From Macrostomum lignano (Eukaryota), in assembly GCA_002269645.1 (NCBI GenBank), contig NIVC01001325.1, positions 124,001 to 188,000 of the forward strand: a stretch of 64,000 nt of DNA, read 5' to 3'. A model generated the notes under the pieces. That model was not told where the DNA came from. It made no database searches and worked only from the letters and a program-made list of their open reading frames with translations. Below are positions 1-12,800 of this stretch, piece by piece; the stretch's first letter is position 1, and the number at the start of each line of letters is the position of its first letter. A program made the position numbers and the translations under genes.

Positions 1-1319
1 CGTAACATTTTAAAAAGGCTTTTCGTATGAAGGCCTTTCTTAGAAAACTCTACTCATGAAGAGTGGCGCACAGACAGTGCACAAATGGCACATAGACGGC
101 ACACAAATCGTCCCAAAAAATTATTCCGGCGCACACTGTGCCACCTTCCTGACTATGGTGGCCTATGGGACATTAGTAGTAAATAGGCCTATATAAAAAG
201 CAAAAAATATAAAGATTATGTGATAGGCAGTAATAATAATATACAAATATTTTAATTTAGTTTACCTTAACAGATCCCAGTCCCTCAGGCTTATAGGGCC
301 TAGGAAAAATACACTACAAAATAAAAAAAATCTTGGAAAATGCCAAATGGTTTTAACTTTTTTATTCTTAACTTAGACTGATTTTTATGAACTAAACATT
401 TTTAAAACCTCTCAACAAGATCTATATGATTAAATACAAATATTCTAAAGGGCCTATTTTTTAAATAAAAAATCTCACTGAAGGCCCTAACATTAGTAAC
501 ATTAGAGTTCTATAATATAGTAGGTAAAGCCTAGGCCTTTGCTTATTAGGCCTATTGAAATTCGTTCCTTACAAATATTACAAATTGATAGAACATGATC
601 TAAGGTTTTAGATTATACACAGGAATACTTACTCGTACAAAATGAGGGCCGAGAGACGCGTGACTCGAGTCACCGAAGAAATTATTTACTTCGTAGATTT
701 GGCTCCCCGCTTCAACTTGATGCTTGTTGAATAGTATTTCTTGGTTAGTGACTGGCACAGGGCGAAATGGAATTGCAAAAACAGCAAAAATTTTCTGCTT
801 CTTAGCAAGTTGCTTGCCCATGAATGAAAGCCATGATTAAAATGTTTTAAATGGGGATTTAACCCGATTAAAAACTTAAATTTTGAAGGGATATATACTA
901 GAGTCGATTAACAATGAAGAAAAGAAAATTTGAATTTATGTTTCGTTGCATCACACATTCAATACAAGCAGTAATTTATAACAAAAAAATTTCTTTTTAG
1001 TAAGATCTATGGCTAAGAAGCGGATTTCTACTAGTTGAACTTAAAATTATTAGCTGGATATTATTTATATTAAGCATTATAACTTGAAATGACACATGGT
1101 TAGAGGAGCATCTAATATTCGAGTAACTGTAAAATCCTACAATTAGAAGGTTACGGTCTTAAATTATCTATTTGTCTTCACATATTGAGGAAATTTTACA
1201 ACGACGACGCTTTTAGATTTAGAAACATGCAATTCGATTCTAAGTGCATTCGGCTGTATGTGCCATAAACAGTATATATGTTTTCGTTTAGAAGATTAGA
1301 TTATTGTAGTTCGTCTGGA

Positions 1320-1660
1320 AAATTAGAATTCAATCATGTACTTAAAAATAAAAAAGGAATGGCACAGCTCAATTCTTTATGGTTTCATTTCATGAATCTA
1401 TTTTATCATCTCTGTTACACATAACACAGCCAGCTAAGAATGATAAAATAGACCCATCAAACCAATGATCGAGCCGATCGCCGTGCCACTTAATGGGTGA
1501 TTTTTGGCAGAGCCCGCAGAGAACAGGAAATAATATGTATAACAGGATAAGAAAGTCAAAATATATCGAAAGATGAACATTGGGTCTGCCTTCATCGAAA
1601 GCAATAACATTTTTTGTGCTCAAGATATGAAAACTTTCTATCTCCGAAAGTGTACCAAAA
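1320..1660. mobile_element. Partial copy of the foldback MITE family also found at 12287-12901 and 42761-43211
   Basis: Shares GATGAACATTGGGTC(T/A)GCC..AAAGCAATAACA.TTTTTGTGCT and AAAATTAGAATTC with the other two copies. Confidence 0.6.
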
Positions 1661-2047
1661 ATTGGCCTGGGACGTTCTTCTCATGCTATTTAAATGTACA
1701 CGCGCTGGCCGAGAAAACATACGCAAAATGACTTGATTACATGTACATGTACATTACAAATAAACTATTAGATACAACTTCTAATGAATGAGGTCAGAGA
1801 AAGTCGCGTGTGTAAATTAATTACTTGACTAGCTGGATCAGTCCCAAAATCTGAGAGTTATATAATTGAAAATTAAAACTTCAATCATTCATAATTATGG
1901 TGTACTCAAGTCTAGACAAAATACTTTTCAAAATTAGGGTCAAAACATGCATGGAAAAATCGAAATTTTCAGTTAGGCAAGAAATCAAGTCGGGGGCGGA
2001 GTCCGGTCCGTGTCAGAGGTCAATGGGTGCAGCGGAGCGCCTGCGGC

Positions 2048-2314
2048 CTACTTGCCGTGCAGGTGGCGGTAGATCCTGTAGGCGGCCCTGGCGTAGCGGT
2101 ACACCTTCCTCCACCTGATGCGGCGGAGTCTGATGCGCCACTTCTTCTGCAGCTCGGCGGCCTTCTCGTCCGTCATCTCCGGCTCGTCCATGTCGGCCAA
2201 AGCCTCCAGCGCCGCCATTGCCTCCGCGTCCTCCTCCGACATCTCCTTGCTGCTGGGTCTGGCGACGGCCAGAGCCGCGCACAGCAGGAATCCGAGAACG
2301 AACTGCCACCTCAT
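2048..2314 (-). CDS. Secreted prepropeptide (88 aa): signal peptide, acidic pro-region, KK site, Arg/Trp/Tyr-rich cationic peptide ending G-K; putative antimicrobial peptide precursor
   Basis: Second ATG (2314) of ORF 2048..2467 gives MRWQFVLGFLLCAALAVA (hydrophobic signal), RPSSKEMSEEDAEAMAALEALADMDEPEMTDEKAAELQKK (13 D/E), then WRIRLRRIRWRKVYRYARAAYRIYRHLHGK-stop. GC-rich, intronless. TATA-like CATAAATA on the minus strand near 2410. Confidence 0.8.
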   Translation of the reverse strand: MRWQFVLGFLLCAALAVARPSSKEMSEEDAEAMAALEALADMDEPEMTDEKAAELQKKWRIRLRRIRWRKVYRYARAAYRIYRHLHGK

Positions 2315-2654
2315 GCTTGCTTGGTTGAGTTGTGTTGTCTGATGAAGTTGAGAAGCTAAGAGATATCTCGTTTGCTGTTGGTTGAGTTCTGCTCTCGCAG
2401 GGGTCTCGTATTTATGCAGATAAACTCGGCACGTTTTTCGGCAAGTTGTTTTTTTTTGTTTTCGCAATGGCCTTCACGAGCAACTGCTTTCTTTTGAGTC
2501 TGTAGGTCAAGTGCAATAAAGTTGCTCTCCTACTTCGACTCAGTGTATAATTTTATCATTGCTTGTTCGCTTTTCAAGCATAGAGCGGCATTGACCTTAA
2601 TAGACGGCAACCTTCAATGCTGGAATAGCGTCTGGTGACTGAAGACATCTGAAT

Positions 2655-2830
2655 GAAGAAGAGAGAGGAGAGAGGGGAGAGGGGAGAGGGGAGAGGAGGG
2701 AGAGGGGAGAGGAGGTAGAGAAGAGAGGAGGGAGAGGGGAGAGGGGAGAGGGGGAGAGGGGAGAGGGAAGAGGGGAAAGAAAAGAGAAGATTAGAGAAGA
2801 AAAGATAGAAGAGAGCTGAGAAGAGACACA
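2655..2830. repeat. GA-rich (GGAGA/GAGGG) simple repeat
   Basis: Purine-only tract visible in the sequence. Confidence 0.85.
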
Positions 2831-2940
2831 AACCTTGAGCGGGCCGGATTGCTTTTGTGAAGTTTCAAAGGACCCGAGGGCCGGATAGAGAGGCTTCGCG
2901 GGCCGCATGTGGCCAGTGGGCCGGAGTTGGCTGACCCCTG
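2830..2940 (-). mobile_element. hAT/Charlie-like (MER58-type) terminal sequence
   Basis: Minus strand from 2940 reads CAGGGGTCAGCCAACTCCGGCCCACTGGCCACATGCGGCCCG, resembling Charlie-type TIR/subterminal motifs. A related end (CATGGGTCGGCAAACT) is at about 62117. Confidence 0.5.
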
Positions 2941-3969
2941 GATTAGAGGCTCAGATCTTATTACTATTGATGACAGACTGTCCATTGTCGTGTCCATCAT
3001 TTGAGGTTTGCCTATTGTTTATGCTTGATCAGCGAAATTGGACTCCCTGTCCGAGGACTACAGGGATCTTCTGAATGCACTAGTCACATACGGAAAAATT
3101 CAACCTTCTGACAGAATCGTTGAATATCTCGTCGGTCTGTCTGGAGGTCCTGCGACTTGACTCCTGTTTGGAAAGGCGCAAAACAAAAATTGTTTTTTTT
3201 TTAGTTCTGAAATTTCGCGTGCCTGCGTTGCGACGACGTTGTTTAACAAGGTATCGACTTCAGAGAAAATTCAAGCACAACTAAAGCCTCTTCCTATCTC
3301 TCCAGTTTATTTTTTATAAAAGGATTTTTCCCGACTCATTGTTCCTGTCCGAGTATTATTTATCAGTTGGGAAAACCCATTTCATTTTATGATTTCACTG
3401 AGCAAAGCGTTTCGATGGTTCCCATCTTGTTGACGAATTTTGAAGCAAATTGAGGCTTTCAAATTAATTCTAATAAATTGTAAATTTAGTCTTCATTTTA
3501 TTAAAAGCCAGTTAGCGGCACTCTGATAAAGCCAACTGCAGCAGTCTTGCAAATTGACTGCATTAGGGACCGTTTGATGGTAACCGCCTTGATTAAAAGT
3601 TGAATTAGTCTGCCGTCAATTTTCAATTGTTTTGGCGTTAATAAAAAAATAATTTGCAGTAGAAATCATTGATTCTTTTGTGAAGTGTGACATTTTGTTA
3701 TCCTCGATTTTTGTTAGCTCGGTTGAGATCATAAGAATTCGTCTGGGAATTTTTGCCCAAATTGGAATGACAATTAAATAAAAAGCATTTCCTATAAACC
3801 AGTTCAGAAGGGAATGATGTTTAGTCACTTGAATAGTTTCTGCAATAAAGAAATTCGGATCTGTCAGAAACTGAGCATGCAGTTGGTTTCTTAATGTCAG
3901 ACTGTGGCGCATTGGGAAAACCTGTTCATCAAGTTGTTATTCTGTCTGATGTAGCTATGAACTCATTGA

Positions 3970-4380
3970 TCACGGATAGCTGAATCCGAAGACCTGAATC
4001 TCGCAGATGCTGAGGCACTGGTCAAAGTCATTGATGACAGTCAGCTGGCTGCCGAATCTGCTGCAGCTGAAATTGCCGATTGCAAACGGAAACGTTTCGT
4101 TCCTTTCAACGCAGGTGACTCCGTCCAACTGGATTGAGAACACGTTTAACCTCTTTGCCTGGTTGTTGTCCAGCCGGTTATAGATGATCAAGTCCGAGAC
4201 AAAGGATGCAGCAGGGAGGCTGGCTGTCCACCATTCCTGTCGACCAGACCCGCAGCCGGTGTGCATGCAGCAGTACCCGTTTTTAAAGTTTTGATCCGTG
4301 TTGCCATCAATCGCATTGGAGCACGATGCATTCTTGTACAGTGTGGACTGCGAGCAGTTTTGCAGCTGCAGTCGCTCCAT
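3970..4380 (-). CDS. F-type lectin (fucolectin/FTP) domain exon
   Basis: ORF contains SNAIDGNTDQNF, CMHT, WWTASL, IIYNRLDNNQAKRL and CLSICEIQVFG, matching the F-type lectin pattern (His of HT plus R-x-D-x..R). Acceptor CTAACTTTAG lies just upstream of ATG 4380. No signal peptide, so an upstream exon is likely missing from the model. Confidence 0.8.
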   Translation of the reverse strand: MERLQLQNCSQSTLYKNASCSNAIDGNTDQNFKNGYCCMHTGCGSGRQEWWTASLPAASFVSDLIIYNRLDNNQAKRLNVFSIQLDGVTCVERNETFPFAIGNFSCSRFGSQLTVINDFDQCLSICEIQVFGFSYP

Positions 4381-5071
4381 CTCTAAAGTTAGCAGGAAAA
4401 CAGAACAACTACTAGAGGCCTGATTCGGGCTGCGATGGATTTGGGAAGGGCGCTTTCACAAATTCCGTAAATTCTACATATGCCAAAAAGACTAGCATCC
4501 ACTTTTATAGGCGTTTCACAAGGCCTAAAACAAACATCTTTGAAAGCAATGCTTTTAAAGTCTTGCTAAGTTGAGGGCTTGTGCAGCCACTAGTTTTGAT
4601 TTTTATGAAATAGGAGTGGAACTCCTCCTTCGGAGGAGAAAGGGGAAGAACTCCCATCACCAGAATTCTATTCCCTGAAGTATCCATCAACTGAAATTCC
4701 ATTTCTTGAACCCTATCTTCCAAATCGTCTCCAAATTCTTTACAAAACCTTTCAAAGACCATAGCTCAAAGACTCTCACGTCTCTCATATCTCCTCTCTC
4801 CCCTCTTCGCTATTATCGTGACTCTCTTCTCTCTCCTCTCTCTCGTCTCATCTCTACCCCTACTCCCTTATTTATTTATTTGCAGTTTTCCCATATAAGT
4901 TTCAACGCTGACTTGCCAGTAGTCTAGGAGAAAAATTGCAACACACATACATACAGACAAACATCGCACCAGTTTTAGTATTAAGAGGCTTATAAAGTAT
5001 TGGTATTATGAAGTTAAAAGCCTATCATTTAGGTTTCTGAGCCCCCCCCCATAGTACGCAGGTAGACTCAC

Positions 5072-5391
5072 TGAGTGGCCGAGTGAAGACGGCGGTGTCC
5101 GGCTCCGAGACCGTCCAGCTGCCGAAGAACGCGTCGAATGCGAACAGCCGGCACAGCTCTCGGACGAAGGCGAAGCCGAAGCAGCCGCTTCGTTCAGTGC
5201 AGCGACTTCCGCATTCGATGGCGGAGCTGCCGCTGGTTGAGTGAAAGTGGGACGGCGCTGCTGAGCCAATAGCGCCGCTGCAGCCCGTGAGCCGTCAGGA
5301 CTTGCAGCAGCAGCAGCAGCAGCATAGCTGCTAGCCAAGCTGATGTCTTCATGAGAGCGCAGGACTGCTAAGACGGAGTGGATGCTGTGCG
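5072..5391 (-). CDS. Probable internal exon, Ala/Ser-rich low-complexity, unknown gene
   Basis: GC-rich island bounded by acceptor GATGCAG|5391 and donor 5072|GTGAGT. Only one frame is open (HSIHSVLAVLRSHEDISLASSYAAAAAAAS...). Partner exons not identified. Confidence 0.4.
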
Positions 5392-5859
5392 CTGCATCGG
5401 CAAACAAATACTTATAGGCAATGCCGCCACCGAAGGGGCGGGTCTCGTTTGCCCAACACTGCCGATTTGCTGGCTCCCGAGCAGTGGGGGCAGTGACAAA
5501 AATGGAAATAAAAAGCCGGTTTGATTTATTTGCTTTATTTTTGCAAGAGTTTCAGATTCAGAATTGGAGCAGGAAAGCTATATTTAGTAACAATTATTAT
5601 TACCAACCATTATTTTAGTAACAATCATCAAGTCCTCCGTTTTAAATTTCAACCATTAAAAATTATTTTATCGCCGTTGTTGATAGTTAGTAAATAAGAA
5701 GAGTAGCAGCGAGATAGAGCTCAGTAGACAGTACGAGAATTTTATGGCCTTGTTTTTTGATACACTTGTAAAAGCTCACAGCATTGAATCACATCAAAAA
5801 TATTCTAACTTTTCAAACCATGCAAAATTTTCTCAACCATCCCTAAAACCATCCGTCAG

Positions 5860-6800
5860 CCACCCCAGAACCACACCTCAAACACCCCTCAACCATTCGA
5901 CCACCCCTCAACCTTCCAAACACCCCTCAACCTCCCAACCACCCCCTCAAACACCCCTCAACCACCCAACCACCCCCTCAAACACCCCTAAACCACTCGC
6001 TCAACCACCCCTCAACCACCCAACCACCCTCTCAAACACACCTCAACCACCCAACCAGCCCTCAAACACCCCTCAACCACCCCTCAACCACCCAACCACA
6101 CTTCAACCCCTCAACCCCTCAACCACCCCCTCAAACACACCTCAACCACCCAACCAGCCCTCAAACACCCCTCAACCACCCCTCAACCACCCAGCCACAC
6201 TTCAACCCCTCAACCCCTCAACCACCCCCTCAAACACACCTCAACCACCCAACCACCCCTCAAACACCCCTCCACCACCCCTCAACCACCCCTCAACCAC
6301 CCAACCACACTTCAACCCCTCAACCACCCAACCACCCCCTCAAACACACCTCAACCACCCAACCACCCTCTCAAACACACCTCAACCACCCAACCAGCCC
6401 TCAAACACCCCTCAACCACCCCTCAACCACCCCTCAACCACCCAGCCACACTTCAACCCCTCAACCCCTCAACCACCCCCTCAAACACACCTCAACCACC
6501 CAACCACCCCTCAAACACCCCTCCACCACCCCTCAACCACCCCTCAACCACCCAACCACACTTCAACCCCTCAACCACCCAACCACCCCCTCAAACACAC
6601 CTCAACCACCCAACCAGCCCTCAAACACACCTAAACCAGCCCTCAAACACCCCCAACCACCCCTCAAACACCCCCAACCACCCCTCAAACACCCCTCAAC
6701 CACCCAACCACCCCTCAACTACCCAACCACCCCTCAAACACCCCCAACCACCCCTCAAACACCCCTCAACCACCCCTCAAACACCTCAACCACCTCTTAA
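5860..6800. repeat. C/A-rich degenerate minisatellite (CCTCAAACACCCCTCAACCACC-like; G-rich on the minus strand)
   Basis: Tandem CCTCAA/ACCACC motifs. Accounts for ORF 5744..6634. Confidence 0.9.
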
Positions 6801-6835
6801 CCCTCCACCCTTCAACCAGAAAGACCAGTCAATGG

Positions 6836-9800
6836 CTAGTGCCGCTTGAAGTGCCTCAGCCGTCGCAGGTTGGTCTTCAGCAGGTTGATATCGCGAGACA
6901 ACGTGGATAAGTCAAGAATCACAACAAGGACGCAGAACACCACCACGATCATGATGACTACGGCGCCAACGCTTCCAGCGTTGCCTGCCTCCTTAGCCGG
7001 GGGCACGTAGTGCTTCTGGTTGCCTTGTAGTTGGAGTGCCTCCGACTTCTCTGTTGATATTACAGGTTGCATTAAGGCATTCACGATCGATGAACATAAT
7101 TGATAGTCTATTATCTTTTAATTCTGTCTGCCCTCTCCTTTTTCTGTTTAATACAGCCAAGCCACATCTCTTCCTGCGAGCCCTCGCGCTTCCCTCTTTC
7201 CAGCTTGGCACTGGCTATTTCTCACTGTTCGATTCTAACTATTTTCTAAGAAACAAAAGTCCTTCCTGTTCGCCTCTAACTATTTTCTAAGAAACGAAAG
7301 TCCTTCCTGTTCGCCTCTGACTATTTTCTAAGAAACAAAAGTCCTTCCTGTTCGCCTCTGACTATTTTCTAAGAAGCAAAAGTCCTTCCTGTTCGACTCT
7401 AACTATTTTCTAAGAAACAAAAGTCCTTCCTGTTCGACTCTAACTATTTTCTAAGAAACAAAAGTCCTTCCTGTTCGACTCTAACTATTTTTAAGAAACA
7501 AAAGTCCTTCCTGTTCGACTCTAACTATTTTCTAAGAAACAAAAGTCCTTCCTGTTTGACTCTAACTATTTTCTAAGAAACAAAAGTCCTTCCTGTTCGA
7601 CTCTAACTATTTTCTAAGAAACAAAAGTCCTTCCTGTTCGCCTCTAACTATTTTCTAAGAAACAAAAGTCCTTCCTGTTCGCCTCTGACTATTTTCTAAG
7701 AAACAAAAGTCCTTCCTGTTCGCCTCTAACTATTTTCTAAGAAACAAAAGTCCTTCCTGTTCGCCTCTGACTATTTTCTAAGAAACAAAAGTCCTTCCTG
7801 TTCGACTCTAACTATTTTCTAAGAAACAAAAGTCCTTCCTGTTCGACTCTAACTATTTTCTAAGAAACAAAAGTCCTTCCTGTTCGACTCTAACTATTTT
7901 CTAAGAAACAAAAGTCCTTCCTGTTCGCCTCTGACTATTTTCTAAGAAGCAAAAGTCCTTCCTGTTCGACTCTAACTATTTTCTAAGAAACAAAAGTCCT
8001 TCCTGTTCGACTCTAACTATTTTCTAAGAAACAAAAGTCCTTCCTGTTCGCCTCTAACTATTTTCTAAGAAACAAAAGTCCTTCCTGTTTGCCTCTGACT
8101 ATTTTCTAAGAAACAAAAGTCCTTCCTGTTTGCCTCTGACTATTTTCTAAGAAACAAAAGTCCTTCCTGTTCGCCTCTGACTATTTTCTAAGAAACAAAA
8201 GTCCCAGTGAATGAGGCGTAAGACGCTGGCTCCTCACTAATGCACTCGGGCAGATCGCTGGTATTCCACTGGCCATCGGCTTTGCAGAACAGAGCCGGCT
8301 CTCCGACGCCAGTCTCGGTGCCATTCTCGCACGTGAAGCTGATCTCAGTGGCGTAGGGGTAAGTCTCAGGTAGGTTGACCTCGATTGCGGGCACAATGGC
8401 CACTGTGCCATTTCCGTACTTCACCGTGGTTTTGGCTTTGTACTGGGCGTTCTTCACGATGGCCGCGGCGTCAGCTGTCCGACGGATGATTCTGTCTGAG
8501 AGGCAGCTGACGGCTGTTGCGGCAAGGAAAGAAGAGGACGTACGTGATTATCCTTGAGTGTCAGACTGCGAAAGACGTTTATTGCGCTTGGGTTTTTATG
8601 ATTCGAAATCTTTCAAGATGCGAAACCTGTGCTCAGAAGTAACAGTTAGCAGGGAGTGAAAGTGCTCAGAGTGCTTGTTGTACTTTGAGGCAGCGTGGCC
8701 AAAACCACTAGCCAATCAGAACGCAAGAACTCTAGGCGGCGGGCAAGCCGCATACACAACAGTGCTCACTCACGCGTGCACTGCAGAGTTTTGAGCCGTT
8801 GCAGATCCGTACCCTGCGCTCCGTACCACTGCGCCTTGATGAGGCTGCCATTGGCTAGGCCGCAACGGAGCAGCTTCTCAAACTGGCGGTCCTCGAAGAA
8901 GTAGCCAATTTGACGACACTTGACGGACACCAGGTTTGGATAGAAGGGGAAACTCGACTGTTGAAATTCGCCGTAGCTCTTCTGGTCGTCGCGATTCTCC
9001 GCCTTGTACGGAGCCGCCTGGCTGCTGATCACAGTGCTGATGTCGTCGCATTTCACGGCTGGATTGGATTGGAGAGTTGCACTCAAATATAGCAAAGGTG
9101 ATCATTTTATTTTATTTCTGACCAGATGTAACCAACGGACCAAATTCGAGATCATTCGAGAAAGCCACTTAAACCCCCAGACACCCAAGGATGGGTTTCA
9201 CAAACGCGAAATTTTTTGCACTTACTTTCATATACGAAGTCTTTTTAGCGGTTGTGAAAGTTTTGAGTAGCGGTTGTGTAAATGGTATTAAGATAACATT
9301 TAGCGGTTGTGAAGTTTCGCGTTTGTGAAGTTTCGCGTTTATGAAAGTAGGTGATTTAGCGGTTGTGAAGTTTTGCGTTTATGAAAGTAGGTGATTTAGC
9401 GGTTGTGAAGTTTTGCGTTTATGAAAGTAGGTGATTTAGCGGTTGTGAAGTTTTGCGTTTATGAAAGTAGGTGATTTAGCGGTTGTGAAGTTTTGCGTTT
9501 ATGAAAGTAGGTGATTTAGCGGTTGTGAAGTTTCGCGTTTATGAAAGTAGGTGATTTAGCGGTTGTGAAATTTCGCGTTTATGAAAGTAGGTGATTTAGC
9601 GGTTGTGAAGTTTCGCGTTTATGAAAGTAGGTGATTTAGCGGTTGTGAAGTTTAGCGTTTATGAAAGTAGGTGATTTAGCGGTTGTGAAATTTCGCGTTT
9701 ATGAAAGTAGGTGATTTAGCGGTTGTGAAGTTTCGCGTTTATGAAAGTAGGTGATTTAGCGGTTGTGAAGTTTCGCGTTTGTGAAAGCAACCCACAACCG

Positions 9801-12800
9801 GGACACCCAAACCCTAAGACTCAAGGAGATCACTAGAATTGGACTCTCGCGCCAAAAGTATCAGGGTTCGATTGCGCGAGCAGCCACGTTAATTTGGTGT
9901 TCTTGCACAGAAATTTGTCGGGGCCACGGATACTAAAATAGCTAGATGGGCCACTCAGGCATAAATACTTGGTAAAACACCTGTCTACTTTCAGTTCAGT
10001 AGCAAAGAAGAATACATAAGCTATTTTATAAAAATAAAGGCAGCTGAAATTTCTTTGATAAGTTTAGAAGCCCAAGCTTGCAGGCGTAAACAACTTGCTA
10101 ATTGGTTCAGCAGTAATGTAGATTGGCCAGTCCACTGGAATGTTATACATGGCAGCTTTGGCTTGGAATTCCGAGAAAAGCAATAAAAATTGAAGGGGCG
10201 AGGAGCATAGTGGGGAAAGGCGCGGTTCGAGGGTTTAGGCGGGGTGGTATTAAGAGCCAATAAATGAGCTTTGGCTTAAAAATACATTCGAATTCTTCTG
10301 TACTACTGAACTGAAAGTAGCTTACACGCAAATATACTGAGTGGCCCATCTAGTTACTCTAGCATCTGTGGCCTTAGGTAAGATTCGCGCCCAAGAGGGC
10401 CAACCTTAAGGCATGACAAGTCGACTCTTACATTACAAAACGATGAGCCTCAGGATCAACTTCTATCCTTGCTGATTTCTACCACCTAAATTCTAAACCC
10501 ATTTAGATTTGCACTTGATTGCAAACGCACCGGTGCAAGTGTTGAGGTCTGGCGGGCTCCATTCTCCCTGCGTTGGATCCCTGAAGCTCTGGTCGCAGGC
10601 GATCTCGCCAGTAATCACACTGCTGTTCTTGTAGGACACGTAGCCTTTCTTGCAGTTGACGCTGAACTGATGCGTGTAGTTGTAGAATTCGTGCACCAGA
10701 GTGTCGGCGTACGGCATCACGTGCGGAATGCGCATGTCCGACTTCAGGATGGTGGCGTTGCAGCGAATCGCTGAAATAATAAAATGACTTTATTTCAAGT
10801 CAAACAAAAACAAAACAAAACATCAAGCGCGGAGGTGACAGCAGCGCGCACTTGAGTCCATTTCCTCCATTCCAAGGACTGGAGGGGGGGGTCGCCACAA
10901 ACACACCCTCAATGACCCCAGCTAATGCTGGTACCCATTTTACAGCCGGATGAATTGAAGTATAATGCAGAGTTGAGTGTGTTGCTCAAGGACACCAACT
11001 GTTCCAGCATGATCGAGAATCGAACCCCCAACCTTTCACTCGTGAGTCCAATGCTCTAATCACAAGGCTACAACCACCTCCCATTATTGTAGAGAGCATA
11101 AAACCAACTATTATGACACAAGCAACCCAGCCTCACGATAGCAGGGCTCAATCGATCCGTAGGCAAAGGTGCCATTAGCCAAGCAGAACGCTTGATGCGG
11201 CAGCAGGCCCTCCGGTGTGGGCGTCGCCGCCGGAGTCTTCGCTAACGGGCTGTCGCTGTTCCTGTAGAAGCCGGGCCGACAGCGGATGTCGGACAGCAGC
11301 CCGTGATGAGGCACATTCTCGAGGTGCAGGCCATAGCTGATGTTCGACATGACCATCGTCAGAGGGTTGAGGCCGCGGATCTGGGACACGGAGCATGTGC
11401 TGGCTGGGGACGTTGGTGTGGGGGGAGCATATTGTGAAACCTAAACATTTTACTACTCTTCAATAGTACGAGTAATTGTCGCAGATTTCAGTTAGAAAGC
11501 GCACCTGGCTTCTCGCAGACCACGGTAAAATTGTTGGTGCAGCTCTCGGCTCGAAGGCCCGAGCTGGGTGCCCAGTAGCCGCTAGCAGACGCGACGCTCA
11601 CATCGATGATCAGCCGGCTGCAGTTCCGACCGGCCGGGCTCGCTGGCAAACCGCCGGGGGACCAGAACTTGCTGTCCACAGAGGCACTGGTAGCCTGCCA
11701 GATCCATTCGCTGTCTGCAGAGGGTGGCAACATCAAGTCTTAAACTGTACTTACTGAAAGAGGGCACTGAAATCCAAAACAATCATCGAACCCATGAGGC
11801 AGAATTAGACCTGAAAGAGTTTTCTCGGACGCATTCAAATGGCATACGAAAACTCACGCAAAGAGCCATTGCACGCAATACAGTTTAGACAAAAAGGTAC
11901 AACGCTCATGCAGCAACCGACCGTTCTTGGGCGACACAACCGCGTCGGCCCAGATGCTCGCCCCGGTGAACAGCACCGCCATGCAGTAGGCCGACAGGTC
12001 GAATACGTTCGCATCTCCGTCCACTCTGGCCAGACTGCCGCCAGCGGTGGCGCATCGTTGCCGCGCGGTCTCTCGGCCGACGGGAGCGTAGACGCTGCCG
12101 AGACGTTGGTAGCACTTGCCAGACACCGGCATGTAGGTCCACTCAGAGCCTGAGCACACTGTGGCACCGTTCACTGGCGGCATTGCATTGGCCGAAGACT
12201 GGAAATCTGCAGGTAAATCAAAGTGGTGAAACTCAAGTTAGGAACTCAAGGACTACTAAATTAGAAGGAAGCAGCGCCCGAAATCTATGGAAAATGTTTT
12301 GAAGGCCACTTTTCGCCGAAAAATACACAACGGAGATAGGAAGTTTTCGTTTTTGAGCACAAAAATTGTTGTTGCTTTGGATAGGAGGCAGACCCAATGC
12401 TCATCTCTTGATATGCTGTGCCTTTCTTATAGCTCTATTGATATTCATAAAGCTTTTTGTTCAGAAAATTAGAATTCTATGTTAATTTCTTATCCTACTT
12501 ACAATTGCACATGTCCTGTGCCTAAAAACCATTAAAATGGCACGGCTCAGCTCATTGGTTTTATGAATCTACGGCTCGTATTTTGTCATTCTTAGCTGAC
12601 TGTGTAACAATATATGTTTACAGCAGAGATGATAAAATAGATTTATAAAACCACATATTCGAGCTGTGCCATGTATTTAATGATTTTTAGGTACAGGAAA
12701 CATAGAATTCTAATTTTCTGAACGAAAAGCTTTATGAATATCAATAGAGCTATTAGAAAAGCACAACATATCAAAGAGATGAACATTGGGTCAGCCTCCT

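Noticed and set aside
3000-3950. Possible degraded transposase next to the hAT-like end
   Set aside because: Only short broken frames and no convincing catalytic motif; the TIR at 2940 also points away from this segment.
4505-4762. 85-aa ORF between the fucolectin exon and the Ala-rich exon
   Set aside because: No recognisable motif, and I found no splice sites that join it in frame to its neighbours.
5744-6634. 296-aa Pro/Thr-rich mucin-like ORF
   Set aside because: Generated by the C/A-rich satellite; no signal peptide or splice context.
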